From Mucilaginibacter sp. (lineage in GTDB: Bacteria > Bacteroidota > Bacteroidia > Sphingobacteriales > Sphingobacteriaceae): a stretch of DNA of 64,000 nucleotides. The stretch is from positions 616 through 64,615 of the forward strand of contig NZ_JANYGQ010000023.1 in NCBI RefSeq assembly GCF_025359345.1, in the 5' to 3' direction. The position numbers and the translations under genes were made by a program. The notes beneath the pieces were generated by a model. The model was not told where the DNA came from. It saw only the letters and a list, made by a program, of their open reading frames with translations, and did not search any database. Numbering within the stretch: position 1 is the first letter of the stretch; the number at the start of each line of letters is the position of its first letter. Shown piece after piece: positions 63,014-64,000 of this stretch.

Positions 63014-64000
63014 TTATTTACCTTTTACCCGCAAATTATCTTTCACAACCAGTATCTGGAGGAAGCCAATAGACTTCGCAGGAACGCGCCCTGTTTTTGG
63101 ATAATGAGCAGTTAACTGAACAAGGAAAGTATCTCCGGCTTTGGCATTTGCAGGTACTACACCCGAAACTTTAAAGCCGGTTGCAGTCTTGTCAGCGAAC
63201 CTCAATAAATAGCCTTCCCCCTTCCTGTCTTCTATTTCGCCCCTCGAAACCAGCTTAACTACAGGTTTTAGGTCGGCCGAAGGCAGTTTTTTCCTGAGTA
63301 CCGGGATGAGGTAAGGCGGCGTTTTAGAATAAATGCGCCGGTGTTCCTTAATTACTTCAAAGGCTTTTTCATTGCGTGCAAAATCAGCAGCTGCATGTTG
63401 CACGTTGAATTGGATCCCAATCTGCGCTTCTCCGTAATGTTGGATATCGCCCAAAGCAATTTCGAAATTCCACTCAGCACCAGGGCTTACACTAATTGTG
63501 TTGGTGTTTCTCCATGCCGAACAGTTGTGACCAACAGGCAGCGGGTTCGGTATGTTAACCGAATCGGCTGATGAGGTTGGATCGAACTGACACGGTGAAT
63601 CGTCCGTATCAATACTGACCACCGCACAGGTATGGCCGCCTGCATTAATAAATGGCAATGACGATATAACAGTTGCGGAACTGGCAGCAGGAATAATAAC
63701 GGTTTGCGTATCAAGCATTGCACCCGATGTGCCAACGCCGCCGGGGATGTTCCAGAACGTTACTTTGGTGCTTACCTCGTAAGCTGAATCATTATGTACT
63801 ACCGCAGCAAACCCATAGTGTACACCGGATACGACAGAAGAACTTCCGATTGGCAAAAGTGTACCCAGCGCGCTGGAGCTGAATGGTGTAAATAACAGGA
63901 TGTCAGGGCTCTCATAGCCGCCGGTGATATACACGGATGCACGGTCTTTGTAAAATGCAAACGCAGCTATATCCGAAGGGGTTGACGCGTTTACGCCTAA
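63014..64000 (-). CDS. hypothetical protein, 5'-partial (frame open to the window edge)
   Basis: The reading frame has no stop between 63014 and 64000. The track start at 63934 is a GTG and the frame continues upstream (..LGVNASTPSDIAAFAFYKDRAS-VYITGG..). No motif recognised. Confidence 0.5.
   Translation of the reverse strand, partial: LGVNASTPSDIAAFAFYKDRASVYITGGYESPDILLFTPFSSSALGTLLPIGSSSVVSGVHYGFAAVVHNDSAYEVSTKVTFWNIPGGVGTSGAMLDTQTVIIPAASSATVISSLPFINAGGHTCAVVSIDTDDSPCQFDPTSSADSVNIPNPLPVGHNCSAWRNTNTISVSPGAEWNFEIALGDIQHYGEAQIGIQFNVQHAAADFARNEKAFEVIKEHRRIYSKTPPYLIPVLRKKLPSADLKPVVKLVSRGEIEDRKGEGYLLRFADKTATGFKVSGVVPANAKAGDTFLVQLTAHYPKTGRVPAKSIGFLQILVVKDNLRVKGK

Overview
A 64-kb chromosomal segment from a Bacteroidota genome, probably Sphingobacteriaceae (Mucilaginibacter/Pedobacter-like). 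The taxon is an inference from a T9SS type-B sorting-domain adhesin, TAnnTTTG -7 boxes, gene content and GTCATTGCGAG...CTCGCAATGAC intergenic palindromes. I support about 55 protein-coding genes and recognised no rRNA, tRNA or CRISPR array. Housekeeping genes include asd, pyrR-pyrB, rpsA, tyrS, an M24 Xaa-Pro aminopeptidase and a threonine-dehydrogenase-like SDR. A maltose/maltodextrin locus lies at 54.3-62.9 kb (GH13, pgmB, GH65 phosphorylase, GH13, MFS sugar transporter). Other calls are GH3 beta-glucosidase, penicillin-acylase family protein, patatin, a cytoplasmic PAS histidine kinase, two carbon-nitrogen hydrolases, and LysR/AraC/Crp/ArsR regulators. Accessory content, all single-gene or two-gene: (i) an AT-rich islet with a KAP-family P-loop NTPase carrying an unusual N-terminal multi-TM module (2.4-5.3 kb). 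(ii) A RES/Xre-DUF2384 toxin-antitoxin pair (18.7-19.7 kb). (iii) A DUF2130-like coiled-coil protein with a D..ESK nuclease-like motif (49.4-50.7 kb). (iv) An AT-rich islet with an AbiH-like abortive-infection protein (53.0-54.1 kb). (v) A patchy accessory region at 37.6-44.4 kb with an iteron-like GGAAC motif cluster, 52-bp direct repeats, a MITE-like inverted-repeat element and a decayed REP-associated tyrosine transposase (RAYT/IS200-like) pseudogene. At least three intergenic palindromic repeat families are present, one with six copies. Two genes show homopolymer-associated frameshifts (C6 at 5366-5371, A7 at 48661-48667). These may be sequencing artefacts, so those pseudogene calls are tentative. 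I did not find a clear multi-gene operon that I could call a novel system. The best candidates for undescribed biology are the atypical KAP NTPase islet, the AbiH islet and the repeat/RAYT-associated accessory patch. All family assignments come from motif recognition by eye, and no searches were run.
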